A stretch of DNA of 64,000 nucleotides from Escherichia phage AV101: sequence record OQ973471.1. One strand, 5' to 3'. The notes beneath the pieces were generated by a model. The model was not told where the DNA came from. It worked only from the letters and a program-made list of their open reading frames with translations, and searched no databases. The translations under genes and the position numbers were made by a program. Shown one piece after another: positions 44,001-53,824 of this stretch (position 1 is the first letter of the stretch; the number at the start of each line of letters is the position of its first letter).

Positions 44001-45899
44001 AAGGTAGTATGCCGCATCGCGTTGACCGCCGTCCAGAGTGAAGTTAGAGGTGACGTCAGCGCCATTTGCGTTCTTCACGCTGATCAGCTTGTAGCCGTCG
44101 TGGTTCCCAAGTTGTGCGCTGGCCGCCGCAGTAAACGTCACAGTCTCGGTGACTTCGGTAACAGTCTTGGTCTTGATCGTCGCTGTGGTGCGGACCATCA
44201 ATGCCAACAGGTTGATAGACTGGTTGGCATACCCCGCGCCCAGGGAAATCTGCAGTGCTGAGCCAACCGGAGTACCAGCCAGGGACAGTCCCGAAGAGAT
44301 ATCAAACTGAGCTGCAGTGCCATCTGCTTTCGCTGCGGAGTACAGTGAAAACTCAGGGCTGAAGCTGTAACCCAGAGGAGCGGAGATTGAGCCTGCACCA
44401 GCAGCGTTCAACGTGATCTTGTTTGACCGCAGGACGGTGTAGTTGATGTCGATGGTGCCTGTAGGTGCTAGAGTCTTCACACCAAATACAGGCAGAGGGA
44501 AGATCAGGTCAATTGCTGAACTCTGGCTGAACTGATTGGACTCCAGTTCGCAAGAGAACATCGTTGTGCCGCTTTCTTCATAAGCGACTTTGGTCACCGT
44601 GCCCATGTCCCCAGTCACAACCAGGTCGCGCATATACAGACGGAATTCAGTACCAGAGCGCTCTGCCGAAATCAGCAGGGCGGTGGCCTGTACATCGCTG
44701 GATGCGTTCAGGAACTTGTAGCGGATTGTGCGGGAGACAACCGGAACCCCTTTGGAGTTCTTGGACACCAGATAGTTGCCAGTCGAAACAGCCACAGGGT
44801 TGTTGTTCAGGATATCAGTGTCACGGGCTTTGTCAATTATGACCAGCTCTTCGCCGAGGTTTTCGATACGACGACCACGAACGTAGGATATCCCTGGCTT
44901 CATAACCGCCACGAATTTGCTTTCGTCGCCACCTTCGGCCGGAGTGTACACGCCGCCGTTGTTGTTCTGTTTCAGATGTTCGCGCAGGTCGATCTGGTGA
45001 GTAGAGACGTTGTAGTCACCATTGGTCTCATAGGTGCGCTGAGCCATCGCGTCTTCGAGGATGTTGTACGTTGACTGGGCGACCATAGACTGAATGCGAC
45101 CGTCTTTCACCTTCGCCAGTTCAACGAAGTCGGCCACTTCTTCATCATAACCGTAGCGAGACAACACGAGGTCGACGCGCAGGCGATGCGCACCAGGGGC
45201 TTTAGAGTTCGGAGTACCCTGAGCATTGGAGAACAGACTTTCATCTTCTGCTTCGGTCACGATTGTTTCTGTAACTTTGAAGCCAATGCGGTGAGATGTA
45301 GAGTTCGATGCGTTGTCTACGATCAAAGTGGTTGGTTCAACATCCAGGAACATACCACGAACGAAATAAACACCCTTTGTCATGCGAGCGACAATCGAAC
45401 CACCAACAGTAGCGGCCACACCATAGCCGACACGGATGAAGTTATCGTTCACGTCATAGGTGTTGAAATATAGATTGTCACCAGCTTCGAAACCGTCTGA
45501 ACTACCACTCTCAGTCATCTCTAAGATAGCATACATTGTATCCGGCTCAACTGGGTAACGTTCCAGAGACAGGACGCGTGCTTTCGCATTGTTGTCCTTG
45601 CCCAGAACATAGAGTTCGGAGATACCTTCCAAATCAGTGAACTCACTACCACCAGCCAGAGTGAACTTCATGGACACAGCAGTGTTGGTGATCGTTAGGC
45701 CGCCGGGGATAACCATTGAACCGTCTTTGAACAGATGGTTGCCAAGTTTCTCCAGTTGATCCTGGAAGATGGTCTGCATCTGGTTCAGTTCACGAGTCTG
45801 AACTTTGATCGGTGCCGGACGGAATAGAATGCGCGAAAAACGCTTCTCTGGATTCCAGTCATCCCAATATGGGCGGCGGTTGAGGTTCATTTCTTGCAT
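41061..45899 (-). CDS. large virion structural protein (about 1612 aa; baseplate or tail-fibre component)
   Basis: Listed ORF start is TTG; ATG at MQEMNLN has GGAG RBS and CTAAATAT motif about 40 nt upstream; Ser/Thr/Gly/Asn-rich beta-type composition. Confidence 0.7.
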   Translation of the reverse strand: MQEMNLNRRPYWDDWNPEKRFSRILFRPAPIKVQTRELNQMQTIFQDQLEKLGNHLFKDGSMVIPGGLTITNTAVSMKFTLAGGSEFTDLEGISELYVLGKDNNAKARVLSLERYPVEPDTMYAILEMTESGSSDGFEAGDNLYFNTYDVNDNFIRVGYGVAATVGGSIVARMTKGVYFVRGMFLDVEPTTLIVDNASNSTSHRIGFKVTETIVTEAEDESLFSNAQGTPNSKAPGAHRLRVDLVLSRYGYDEEVADFVELAKVKDGRIQSMVAQSTYNILEDAMAQRTYETNGDYNVSTHQIDLREHLKQNNNGGVYTPAEGGDESKFVAVMKPGISYVRGRRIENLGEELVIIDKARDTDILNNNPVAVSTGNYLVSKNSKGVPVVSRTIRYKFLNASSDVQATALLISAERSGTEFRLYMRDLVVTGDMGTVTKVAYEESGTTMFSCELESNQFSQSSAIDLIFPLPVFGVKTLAPTGTIDINYTVLRSNKITLNAAGAGSISAPLGYSFSPEFSLYSAAKADGTAAQFDISSGLSLAGTPVGSALQISLGAGYANQSINLLALMVRTTATIKTKTVTEVTETVTFTAAASAQLGNHDGYKLISVKNANGADVTSNFTLDGGQRDAAYYLSNLISSTGAISGTFTVVYQYFAHSSGDFFTADSYSSINYPDIPNYVSSSSGTVYGLADSLDFRPKITSGASDTDMVRPNTAIILDAEYYLPRIDAVYLADNGVFNVARGVSSNNLASPAIPDNSMRLYELMIPPYTANIDDIQIRTIDNRRYTMRDIGKLETRISNVEYYTSLSQLESSAMAQQVFDPITGNPRFKNGIAADPFKDFRLIDDLSTDWVGSIDTDNGRLRPFVQQNAIDLTPVGWNNVQDGMVVCNYTREISVRQDYATTTINVNPYAVFNWEGFLKLNPTTDYWFENYYVTPRVINETINTRGAIKEGSVYGTWRTVSVSERVWEPHGAGGVWWGYRYRTTVSTRDITTYTYTDRTTTTMTGEQIVETQVIPYMRKTNINFEATGLRPFTRVYPFFSGRDVSAYCTPNGGVLGGALNTDANGNIKGVFAVPQNETIKFNTGDNVFRLTDSPVDSKSADDTLTNAEAVHKSFGKKQGIQKTYVNTRVLGYTATKSTENKTETVEVAKWKDPIAQSFMVATNIGGEYIEGIEVFFSTKSRDIPITLEIREMSNGLPATTVVTRKTLNPSEVSVSTDSSVPTMFKFDYPVYLQAQTEFAIVLLANTQDYNAYIAEMGKKNLLTNEFIAKQPYTGVFFTSSNGTTWTPNQTADMKFRVYRCNFSAGSNIVTFDAKVGPKIRPLGLNTVKCVNGSSTVTVYAPGHGLTAGESVTLSGLTGGCGFTPEQLNAQHTVTDATFTTFKFVLSSNADSDGQIGGEAASFLGNYLVDMFYASVTNSALEGSVLKLEYRYRDATSNSFSDWVEFESDTDVSLPTEGIYRQVGDFQVRATMTRNESNVYTAPMIDGDDFTIIFNTYGVDPFEDVFSYVTKDIGFDNPCTTLKQYFGAMLPSQSSMTVQVKLLRAGQEMDNVAWETVTPTSPLVNDGSTFFEYEYDKTVDSTNPFVGLKIRLLVRGNRTAPPSFKDFRLIALA

Positions 45900-45931
45900 T
45901 TTGATGCTCCATCGATAGGTGCCATTATAGA

Positions 45932-45940
45932 GATATTTAG
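45932..45940 (-). promoter_or_regulatory. late-promoter-like motif CTAAATATC
   Basis: Upstream of the 1612-aa gene. Confidence 0.35.
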
Positions 45941-46469
45941 TATACAACCAACCGAGGAATAGAAAGAAATAAGCCCGAAGGGGCTTTGATTATCTTTCTG
46001 TGGTGGCCTCAGCAGAAGCCGTACATCAATTATTTGCCATCGTTCAGGTCTCCCAGGTACACTCGGACGCCGTTGATACCTGACGCCGAAGAAATCAGAA
46101 TTTTCAGAGTACTATCGACGTACACCGCCCAACTGGATGTTACCAGACAACGCATAAGTTGGCATATTGACCTCAACGTTCTTTAGTCTATTGCCTATGT
46201 CATTGTTTGAATCTAGGAGTTCTACCAGAGTCTCTTCCATTTTCTCCCTTTCCCTCGATTCACGGGTTTTGGTTTTCGAAAATGTTTCTCAGTCTCTCTT
46301 CGAGTCTGGCTAGAGTTACGTTATCTGGTTCATTTCCCATAGGGATTTTCTCAGGTTAGTTAAGTCGGAATTGACTGAAACAGTCTACCTAATGACTTGT
46401 TTGTGGTACAACAAAACCCCCTCCCCTCATGGGCTTCGAAGATTAAATACTTTTTCTAATGATAAAAAT

Positions 46470-46496
46470 AACCCCGCCGAAGCGGGGTTTTTGTTA
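46470..46496 (-). terminator. rho-independent terminator (UUCG tetraloop)
   Basis: AACCCCGC-CGAA-GCGGGGTTTTT. Confidence 0.6.
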
Positions 46497-46497
46497 G

Positions 46498-48699
46498 TTA
46501 CTGGATAACAATACTACACTCCATATCTGAAACAACACCCGCATTGCTGTATGTTGTAATAGTCCATGATGTTGTTGATGTTTTATTAACAACAACATAC
46601 CGTCCAGTACCAGGTGAAGAAAAAGTGTAGCCCGCGCGTGACATATCAGTAGGGAAGTTGATGACCCAAATACCAACGGATGATTTAGTCGCGGTACAAC
46701 CAGCAGCAAGAGCAAGCGCACCAGAAGAGTTGATATTAACTACGCACGGTGAACTTACCAGCTTAACCACACCAGAGTCGAGAGTATATGTATCGTAAAC
46801 TGTGCCGATGCGGTTCATCCCAAGATATGTCACCGCAGAAGAAGCCAATCCCGCCCGGTTACGTAGCACGACAGACACCCCAAGACCTGAGCAGTTAGTA
46901 ACTTGCTGGTCAGAAACCATACCGGAAGTGGAACTGTATTGTTCAAGAACTGCGTCAACCGTGTTTGATCCGTTGTAGCAATTGAACGTTACATTTTCCA
47001 ATCTGTTTCTGCGCACGCTTTTCCCAAAATCAGACCTAACATTACATATACGGTTATATTGCCCAGGGGTATTAATGGTGACCATACCTCCACTGATAAC
47101 GTTATCTAAGCAGTCTGTTAAAGAAATTTGATGGTCAAAAAATCCATATGCGCTCTTGAAGTCGCCGTTGTTCTGCATGAATATCTGAACGTTTTCGATT
47201 CGGTTATTGCTGCACCCCTGTAAAGCCACCACGTGGTCGTTACCGTTAAATGCTCCATTGGAAATACTGGTAAACTTACCGCCGATGATTTTGCAGTTGG
47301 TGCAGCCTCTAGAGAATTTAATATTATTATTACCGCCTACGGCGCCATCAACACTCCCCAAAACGGATGAATTCATAACGCCCTCACAATCTATGAATTT
47401 AAAATCCGTGGTCGGGAACCCAGTGCCATCTGCGGATGTAGCATGGTAGTTTATTAGTAGCCCGTTTTCTGCGTACCCTTCAGATACATATCCACCTTTA
47501 ACACCTAGAACCTCCATATTCCCCCCGGCTTTAGGCTGCCCAATGAAGCGAGGAAATGTAATCTCGGGATATAGTGCACCAATTAATACAAAATTACCGT
47601 GGTTTGGACCCTTGAATCCTGTGTTATCAAATGTGCAACTATTGGATCTTACACCTACTCGACGAGAAGAATCTGATGCGCCATAGGCTGTATTACCCAT
47701 ACGTAGAGGGGTTACTTCTGTGGATAGCGTGGTAAAGTAAATACCAGAGACTTCGGTATAATTTCCTGTTAACTCCACTGCACCTTTTGTTTGGTCGAAA
47801 GATGACCCGACCAATGTTATTATACCACCGCGACCTATCAATCTACGGTTATCAAGATCACTGATAACATTACTTGATAAAGTCACATTAATGTCAATAT
47901 AAACTGTTTTATAGTGAGTAATCAGTACATATAGCAAAGAGCTTACATCGTCACCCTCAGCAGCCCATGCTGATATAAAAGTATCAACGTCATCCTCTAT
48001 TTTTTCAAGGTAAACAATTGTAGAGTCAATTGTCATGGTTTGATCACTTATTGACCCTATAACTCCAGATACTTCTGGCTTAATTCTGTAGATACCAGAA
48101 TCAGTATTAACAAATGACGTACCAACTGGAACTGTACCTCCAACCTGTGCAACTGATGAGATATCTAATGGGTAAACGTTACCGCCAATAACTTTATTTC
48201 TCATATCATTAACGTCACATCGAAGTGAAGCATCCCCAACACTAATCCACGCTCCTAAACCTTCTCCACCCGTTGACCCTGGAGTTGTGTCAGCAGGAAC
48301 TACTTTAGGCAGTACACCATCCCATCGGTACTTACCATCAGTAAATACAACCAGTTCATTCTTAGTATTAACTGTTACGCCCGTAGAAAATGATCCAGGT
48401 AGGGTTACATACTCTTCGCGGGTAACAGCTAGTGCACCCAAGTCCACATTACCAGCAGAGTGAACTAATACCCCAGTAGGACTAAGGCTTACAGCAGTAA
48501 CCCCTGAACCAATGTCAGCAGGTAGGGAATAAGCCCGTTGTGACACTTTGTCATAGATGACTTTATAACCGCTTAGTACAGCACCCACCGAGAAGTAAAC
48601 AACCTCGGATTGTTTAACCCCAAAGTGTCGGGCCACTGCTTGTTTATTGGTTAAGATTCCGGTTGAACCTTTACCACCTTGTGAGAACATTTCGTTCAT
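46498..48699 (-). CDS. tailspike protein (733 aa) with shared N-terminal module
   Basis: N-terminus (GVKQSEVVYFSVGAVLSGYKVIYDK...GKYRWDG) also found in the 648-aa and 1102-aa proteins; Gly/Asn/Thr/Ser-rich C-terminal body. Confidence 0.8.
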   Translation of the reverse strand: MNEMFSQGGKGSTGILTNKQAVARHFGVKQSEVVYFSVGAVLSGYKVIYDKVSQRAYSLPADIGSGVTAVSLSPTGVLVHSAGNVDLGALAVTREEYVTLPGSFSTGVTVNTKNELVVFTDGKYRWDGVLPKVVPADTTPGSTGGEGLGAWISVGDASLRCDVNDMRNKVIGGNVYPLDISSVAQVGGTVPVGTSFVNTDSGIYRIKPEVSGVIGSISDQTMTIDSTIVYLEKIEDDVDTFISAWAAEGDDVSSLLYVLITHYKTVYIDINVTLSSNVISDLDNRRLIGRGGIITLVGSSFDQTKGAVELTGNYTEVSGIYFTTLSTEVTPLRMGNTAYGASDSSRRVGVRSNSCTFDNTGFKGPNHGNFVLIGALYPEITFPRFIGQPKAGGNMEVLGVKGGYVSEGYAENGLLINYHATSADGTGFPTTDFKFIDCEGVMNSSVLGSVDGAVGGNNNIKFSRGCTNCKIIGGKFTSISNGAFNGNDHVVALQGCSNNRIENVQIFMQNNGDFKSAYGFFDHQISLTDCLDNVISGGMVTINTPGQYNRICNVRSDFGKSVRRNRLENVTFNCYNGSNTVDAVLEQYSSTSGMVSDQQVTNCSGLGVSVVLRNRAGLASSAVTYLGMNRIGTVYDTYTLDSGVVKLVSSPCVVNINSSGALALAAGCTATKSSVGIWVINFPTDMSRAGYTFSSPGTGRYVVVNKTSTTSWTITTYSNAGVVSDMECSIVIQ

Positions 48700-48719
48700 A
48701 TAAACCTCTTTGTTTTTCT

Positions 48720-48746
48720 AGTAAACCCCTCCGAAGAGGGGATTGT
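48720..48746 (-). terminator. hairpin terminator (UUCG tetraloop)
   Basis: CCCCTC-CGAA-GAGGGG. Confidence 0.5.
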
Positions 48747-51050
48747 TTAATTACTAATCTTACCACGTATGGATAGCTCAAGAGCGCCAGTTGATACACC
48801 TGCTGCGTTAATTTGGGTTCTTGAACCATTTGCCGTTTTATAAAAGAATTCTATAGAGCTGCCGTTCAAAACAGCTATTACCCCAATGTTGCTTTGGTTG
48901 ATGTTCCCAAAGCAGGAATTCTGGCTTGGTTCTGATGTAGGCCCAAAATAGCACTTAAGTCCACGAGGCAGAGTAACGGATAACGAACCCGAAGGGCTGG
49001 AAATTGCCGTCACATTAATAAGTAAAGAAATGTCTATGTGTTCACCGTCTCTGCGTAAACTATATGTGCCGGAAGAAGTTATTCCTACGCCATTGAATGA
49101 TATGCTTCCTGTAAGATTGCTTAAATTACCAGCGATATACTCAGGGAGCCTAACAAGGTTAGTAAACAATGTATCTTGATGACCAGAGTCGTATGATGCT
49201 CTTTCAACAATTAACTTAGATGGATTTATTACATCTGCAATTTCAATCTCATTTCTGGCAGACTCTCCTTTAAAATACACCAAAGCCATGTTTGTGTTTA
49301 CGTCTTCCGGATGGATCAACGCATTCCCCGCTATTATCTTATTACGCCAACCCTCTATGTAAAACCCTACACCACCGTTTGATCTACTTGAGCCAAGTGA
49401 ACTGTTAATTTTTGTCACAGTGTCTGCGTAAGGTCTAATGAAAGTTGAAGCGCTACCAGAAATGAGAAACGGTATTTTACACTGCATATTAGGGTATTTT
49501 TGGGATGAATCGGTTGAAGTTACAGGATAACCCCACGGGTGAGGGTTGATAAAAACTGTACCACTACCTTTTACATCGTGAATTCCGATACCGTAAGCGA
49601 CGGTTACTACATCTTTGAACGTTGAATCGGTTACATTAGAACGGAAACCGATCTTCTCTGAATCCTCCCATGCGTGAATCCATGATAAACATTTGTCGAT
49701 TACTATTTCGTAACCTTTCCCAGAAACCCCTCCAACGTCAACCCCACCGTTAAGAAAGCCGAAAGTTTGTAGATTGCGTATATACACATTAGCTATGTCG
49801 GTAATTACTACTCCTTTCGAAGCAATATGCTGGTCAGTGTAGCCGGAAGGCTCTCTGTTCGCGGTGTATGTTAAGGTTAGTCCCGTAACAGAGGCAGACT
49901 TAGCATTATTAAACACTCCATTTTCTGTAGTAATAATATAAGCAGCGTTCTCTGTGTTACTTTGCGCAGTGGTAAAAGTGTAATTCCCGGAAGGGGAAGC
50001 TATGATTCTACCTGTGCATAAAACATTCAAACCATCATAGTGTATGACACTTGAAGATATATTGTAGTCATTGGCAAGCAACACGCTCTTATTATTTGAA
50101 CGAGCATATGCGTATGCCTCATTTATCATAACGGCCCAGTCAGTTTCCCCTGGATGATTTTCATAGAACTGTTCTGGAGTTACGAATCGGAAAGAGTCTT
50201 TTAACTTAACAAGAGATTCTTCAACAGTGTCACCGGAGCTAGTATGAATCATACTTGACCCAGTATTGGCAGCAAGTTCACTCTTCAACTTGGCAGCCGA
50301 ATCAGGCACTTCAACTAGAGGGACTGTAATAGGACCAGGATTATAGGTTAACTGCCCATTGGATACGGAGCCAATATAGACATTGGACGGTAACGACGGC
50401 AAGCCATAAGACTTCTGTTCATTAACAGAGTAAACAACCTTCTTACCATTGAGGGACTGAGTAGTATCAGTGCTGAGAATTACTTCAGAGTCTTTTACAT
50501 TAGCTGCACGAGCGATTTCTTGAATACTTCGGTCAAACAACGGACTGATATTCGGTTGTTTAACAGACATTTCAGCGACTACCCAAACGCCTGCAGTCAG
50601 CGCGGTTTGTAAAGACACTTTCCCTGTCGTGCTGTTATAGGAATATTCAATTTCGGGTGTTTTGTACTCACCACCGATATAAAGAGATTGGACTCCATAA
50701 GATGTGTAATCAGGAGTGAACTCGGTTTCACCTCCTATAGCCTGGAACTTATAGATTCGAATCCCGGTTTTATAATCTTCTGGAGACAGAATCTTATCAA
50801 ACAGACAGAACACAACATCACCTTTGGACAATGCGCGTCCGAGATTCAACGTATTTCCATCGATTTCAAAGTTGTCTAACGGAACTTGCATACCACCGTT
50901 GATTGTGACTATACCAGTGACAGGGTAGAAAGGGAGGGAGATAAACTTCTCTCCGCCCGTTGCTGTGTAAGTGTATGGAATCTGGTGCGGAGCTGTTACG
51001 ACCGCTCCAAAGATGCTCTCGACGTTTCTGGTCATTTGAAGATACCCCAT
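48747..51050 (-). CDS. tailspike protein (767 aa)
   Basis: Contains the VKDSEV linker-type segment shared with the 1102-aa protein; beta-rich body. Confidence 0.75.
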   Translation of the reverse strand: MGYLQMTRNVESIFGAVVTAPHQIPYTYTATGGEKFISLPFYPVTGIVTINGGMQVPLDNFEIDGNTLNLGRALSKGDVVFCLFDKILSPEDYKTGIRIYKFQAIGGETEFTPDYTSYGVQSLYIGGEYKTPEIEYSYNSTTGKVSLQTALTAGVWVVAEMSVKQPNISPLFDRSIQEIARAANVKDSEVILSTDTTQSLNGKKVVYSVNEQKSYGLPSLPSNVYIGSVSNGQLTYNPGPITVPLVEVPDSAAKLKSELAANTGSSMIHTSSGDTVEESLVKLKDSFRFVTPEQFYENHPGETDWAVMINEAYAYARSNNKSVLLANDYNISSSVIHYDGLNVLCTGRIIASPSGNYTFTTAQSNTENAAYIITTENGVFNNAKSASVTGLTLTYTANREPSGYTDQHIASKGVVITDIANVYIRNLQTFGFLNGGVDVGGVSGKGYEIVIDKCLSWIHAWEDSEKIGFRSNVTDSTFKDVVTVAYGIGIHDVKGSGTVFINPHPWGYPVTSTDSSQKYPNMQCKIPFLISGSASTFIRPYADTVTKINSSLGSSRSNGGVGFYIEGWRNKIIAGNALIHPEDVNTNMALVYFKGESARNEIEIADVINPSKLIVERASYDSGHQDTLFTNLVRLPEYIAGNLSNLTGSISFNGVGITSSGTYSLRRDGEHIDISLLINVTAISSPSGSLSVTLPRGLKCYFGPTSEPSQNSCFGNINQSNIGVIAVLNGSSIEFFYKTANGSRTQINAAGVSTGALELSIRGKISN

Positions 51051-51140
51051 AGAGGATTTGCCAATATGGGGTATTTAGTCTGAACTAATAAATTTATGAA
51101 CAAAGGTATAACAAGAACCGCCGAAGAGGGGGTTTGATTT
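51036..51140. repeat. about 100-bp duplicated upstream cassette, copy A
   Basis: Near-identical to 53518-53632; includes CTAAATACCCC (as GGGGTATTTAG), an ATACCCCAT/ATGGGGTAT inverted repeat and a terminator hairpin. Confidence 0.7.
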
Positions 51141-51330
51141 TACTCTCCAAAATCACGATCCTGTCTTCCCTTGCCTGATTATCAAACAGAGTCTTCAATC
51201 GTTCCTCCAGTCTGAATAGGAACAGTTCACCTGATTCATTCATAATATTACCGTAATTGTACCCCAATGAGGCCGTATCATAGGATGGCTCTTAGATAAT
51301 GCTTAGTATGATGGGATACATCCATACATA

Positions 51331-51546
51331 GTGTCTGGCACTATATCTATAGCAGGAACTCTTAGCTATAGCATATACCTTACACATCAGACGGTAATGT
51401 TCTCCGTTGTTAATATATTTTCAGCCATTTCAACTAAAGAAATGATGACAACATATGCATTACTTACAACCGCATTAATTTCGGCTGTGATAACAATGAT
51501 CGTATCGATACTTCTGTACAACAAAGTTGAGAAAAAGTTCATATAA
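51331..51546 (+). pseudogene. C-terminal remnant of an acyltransferase-3 family (O-acetyltransferase-like) membrane protein
   Basis: LSYSIYLTHQTVMF resembles the AT3-family SYSIYLWH motif, followed by a hydrophobic helix; AT-rich; no ATG start (GTG in frame); plus strand within the minus-strand tailspike cluster. Confidence 0.4.
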
Positions 51547-51551
51547 TAACA

Positions 51552-51575
51552 AGGCCCATTATCGGGCCTTTTGTT
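51552..51575 (+). terminator. rho-independent terminator
   Basis: GGCCC-ATTATC-GGGCC followed by TTTTGTTTAT. Confidence 0.5.
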
Positions 51576-53521
51576 TATAGCTGGCAAGTAAAGCTCAAGT
51601 CTATTGATGCATGACCTGTTATCAGATCTGTTATCTGAACATCTTCAGGAGATCCACTTCTGAAGATCTTTCTAAAAAATATTTTACCTCCAGTAATATA
51701 CCCAATAACTTCAATTAGGTTGGTGTCAGCGCGTATAGTATTATTCAATATTGTGAATATTGAGCCAGTGCAATCACCCTTGAATGAGCTTAGGTAAGGG
51801 GGAAGAGATATTGAAAACGCACCGGATCCAACGTTGCTTGTTATGTTGCATTCAATAGTTAACCTTCCTGATACGCTGCGCTGAGTCAATTCATGCCTAT
51901 ATACTTGTGAAGTATATGCGCAAGGTGCGTTTATGGTTGGGTTGAATCCAGTGGACTGAGGGAAAACGTAGAAGCTTTGTAAGTTACCACCAGATACAGT
52001 ATTATTGATTGGCGTTGCTGAACCAGAAAACACATACACACCACCATCTTCGATACCTGAAACATCAGAACTAACAGGTTCTCTAATGCTATTATCCGTT
52101 CCACTAATGTAGAATACCTTCCCATACTTAGGACCATCATTTTCATGAAAAAGGACTCTTGGGCACACCAAGTTGTTATTGAAACCAGATATTACATATC
52201 CGATCCCACCATTAGCTATACTTGCTGGCTGTGTTTTGTCAAGCTTATGTGGCGTGTCAGAATAATAATTAATAACGTTATTTGAACTACCACCAAGCTT
52301 TAAACCAATTAACATCACGCGTGTTGTTCTAATTCCATCTAACCCCCAGACGTGTGTGTTAACTATGTCATTTGCTCCGCTTGTAACTTCCATGCCGACA
52401 GGATATCCAACTACCGTTGTATTGATATACATACTATCAGAAGTACGGTGTAATATCCCACTAACGCCAGATGTTCCAAGCTGGTCTTCCGGTGCTACAA
52501 CTACTGTATTATTGAATTTCCACTCATAACCCTTTTCAATATTAATACCTCCATTTAGCATATTGAAAATTCTTGCGTTATTTATCACTGGTCCAACACC
52601 ATCAGTACCATAGATTCCAACAGCCGATATTGACGATTCTGGCTCAATATAAAGATTGTCAATAAGGACTCTATTTCCTGTTTGTATAGCTGTTATACCA
52701 TCATTATAAGGTGATCTCCATTTATCATCTTTTACTTCTATAACAACTGTATCAGTAAAATTCTTGGGTACGATAGACCCTATATTATGCATTCTTGCTC
52801 CACTATTTAAAACAAGACGCGATGTTATGCATGTTTTACCAATAAACAATACGGTTCTTTTATTTGTTGCTGACCAATCTAAAGCTTGCTGATTAGGAAT
52901 GGTATCATCATCAATACCATTACATTTAGCGCCAAATGATCGGTTTGTAATGCAATCAGTCAATACATCTTCAACAATTCTTGTTGAAAAACCTGTTGGC
53001 CCAAATCCTATTAATCCTGCCCCTGTTGGCTTAGCGAGGTCAGATCTTAGCGCCGCATCACCAACACTAACCCACGCACCAACAGCAATACCTCCAGCAG
53101 TTTCAGGGGTTGAACCAGCTGGCACTACTTTGGGAAGCTCCCCATCCCAGCGATACTTCCCCGTTGTATAGGTAAGTAATTCATTTTTAACATTAAGGGT
53201 AGCACCTGTATCGAAAGATCCTGGTAAGGTTACGTATTCTTCGCGGCTTACTGCTAATTCCCCAAGATCAACAGAACCCGCTGAATGAGTGAGGATAGCT
53301 CTTTTATCCAGACTTATCGCAGTCGTTCCTGAAACAATACCTGAAGGAAGAGAATAAGCCCGTTGGGTAGACTCATTATAAATTACTTTAAATCCACTGA
53401 GATCAATACCAGCAGTGAAATAAATGACTTCGTCTTCTTTGACACCGAAATTTCGAGCGATAGATTGTTTGTTAACTTCTATAGAAGTGGAGCCGCGTGG
53501 TTGATTGAATTGAGAAATCAT
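51575..53521 (-). CDS. tailspike protein (648 aa) with shared N-terminal module
   Basis: N-terminus MISQFNQPRGSTSIEVNKQSIARNFGVKEDEVIYF... parallels the 733-aa protein. Confidence 0.8.
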   Translation of the reverse strand: MISQFNQPRGSTSIEVNKQSIARNFGVKEDEVIYFTAGIDLSGFKVIYNESTQRAYSLPSGIVSGTTAISLDKRAILTHSAGSVDLGELAVSREEYVTLPGSFDTGATLNVKNELLTYTTGKYRWDGELPKVVPAGSTPETAGGIAVGAWVSVGDAALRSDLAKPTGAGLIGFGPTGFSTRIVEDVLTDCITNRSFGAKCNGIDDDTIPNQQALDWSATNKRTVLFIGKTCITSRLVLNSGARMHNIGSIVPKNFTDTVVIEVKDDKWRSPYNDGITAIQTGNRVLIDNLYIEPESSISAVGIYGTDGVGPVINNARIFNMLNGGINIEKGYEWKFNNTVVVAPEDQLGTSGVSGILHRTSDSMYINTTVVGYPVGMEVTSGANDIVNTHVWGLDGIRTTRVMLIGLKLGGSSNNVINYYSDTPHKLDKTQPASIANGGIGYVISGFNNNLVCPRVLFHENDGPKYGKVFYISGTDNSIREPVSSDVSGIEDGGVYVFSGSATPINNTVSGGNLQSFYVFPQSTGFNPTINAPCAYTSQVYRHELTQRSVSGRLTIECNITSNVGSGAFSISLPPYLSSFKGDCTGSIFTILNNTIRADTNLIEVIGYITGGKIFFRKIFRSGSPEDVQITDLITGHASIDLSFTCQL

Positions 53522-53632
53522 GATAATACCCCATAAAGGATGACCAATATGGGGTATTTAGTCTGAACTAATCAAATTTATGAACAAAGGTATAATAAGA
53601 ACCCCGCCAAAGCGGGGTTTGACACTCCTATT
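53518..53632. repeat. about 100-bp duplicated upstream cassette, copy B
   Basis: See copy A. Confidence 0.7.
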
Positions 53633-53799
53633 CCAGACACATTTCAAAATATATACCAACATCACCCCACCCATCATAAACAGACGACCCCGATATTCTT
53701 GATATCATCTATGACAACCTGAGAGAGCCAACAGCATTATCAATTAGGGTAATGCAAACAGTAAACTCTATATAAAAAGTATTATTAATAAGTAAAACT

Positions 53800-53822
53800 A
53801 ACCCCGCCGAAGCGGGGTTTTT
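53800..53822 (-). terminator. rho-independent terminator (UUCG tetraloop)
   Basis: AACCCCGC-CGAA-GCGGGGTTTTT immediately downstream of the 1102-aa gene. Confidence 0.6.
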
Positions 53823-53824
53823 AC

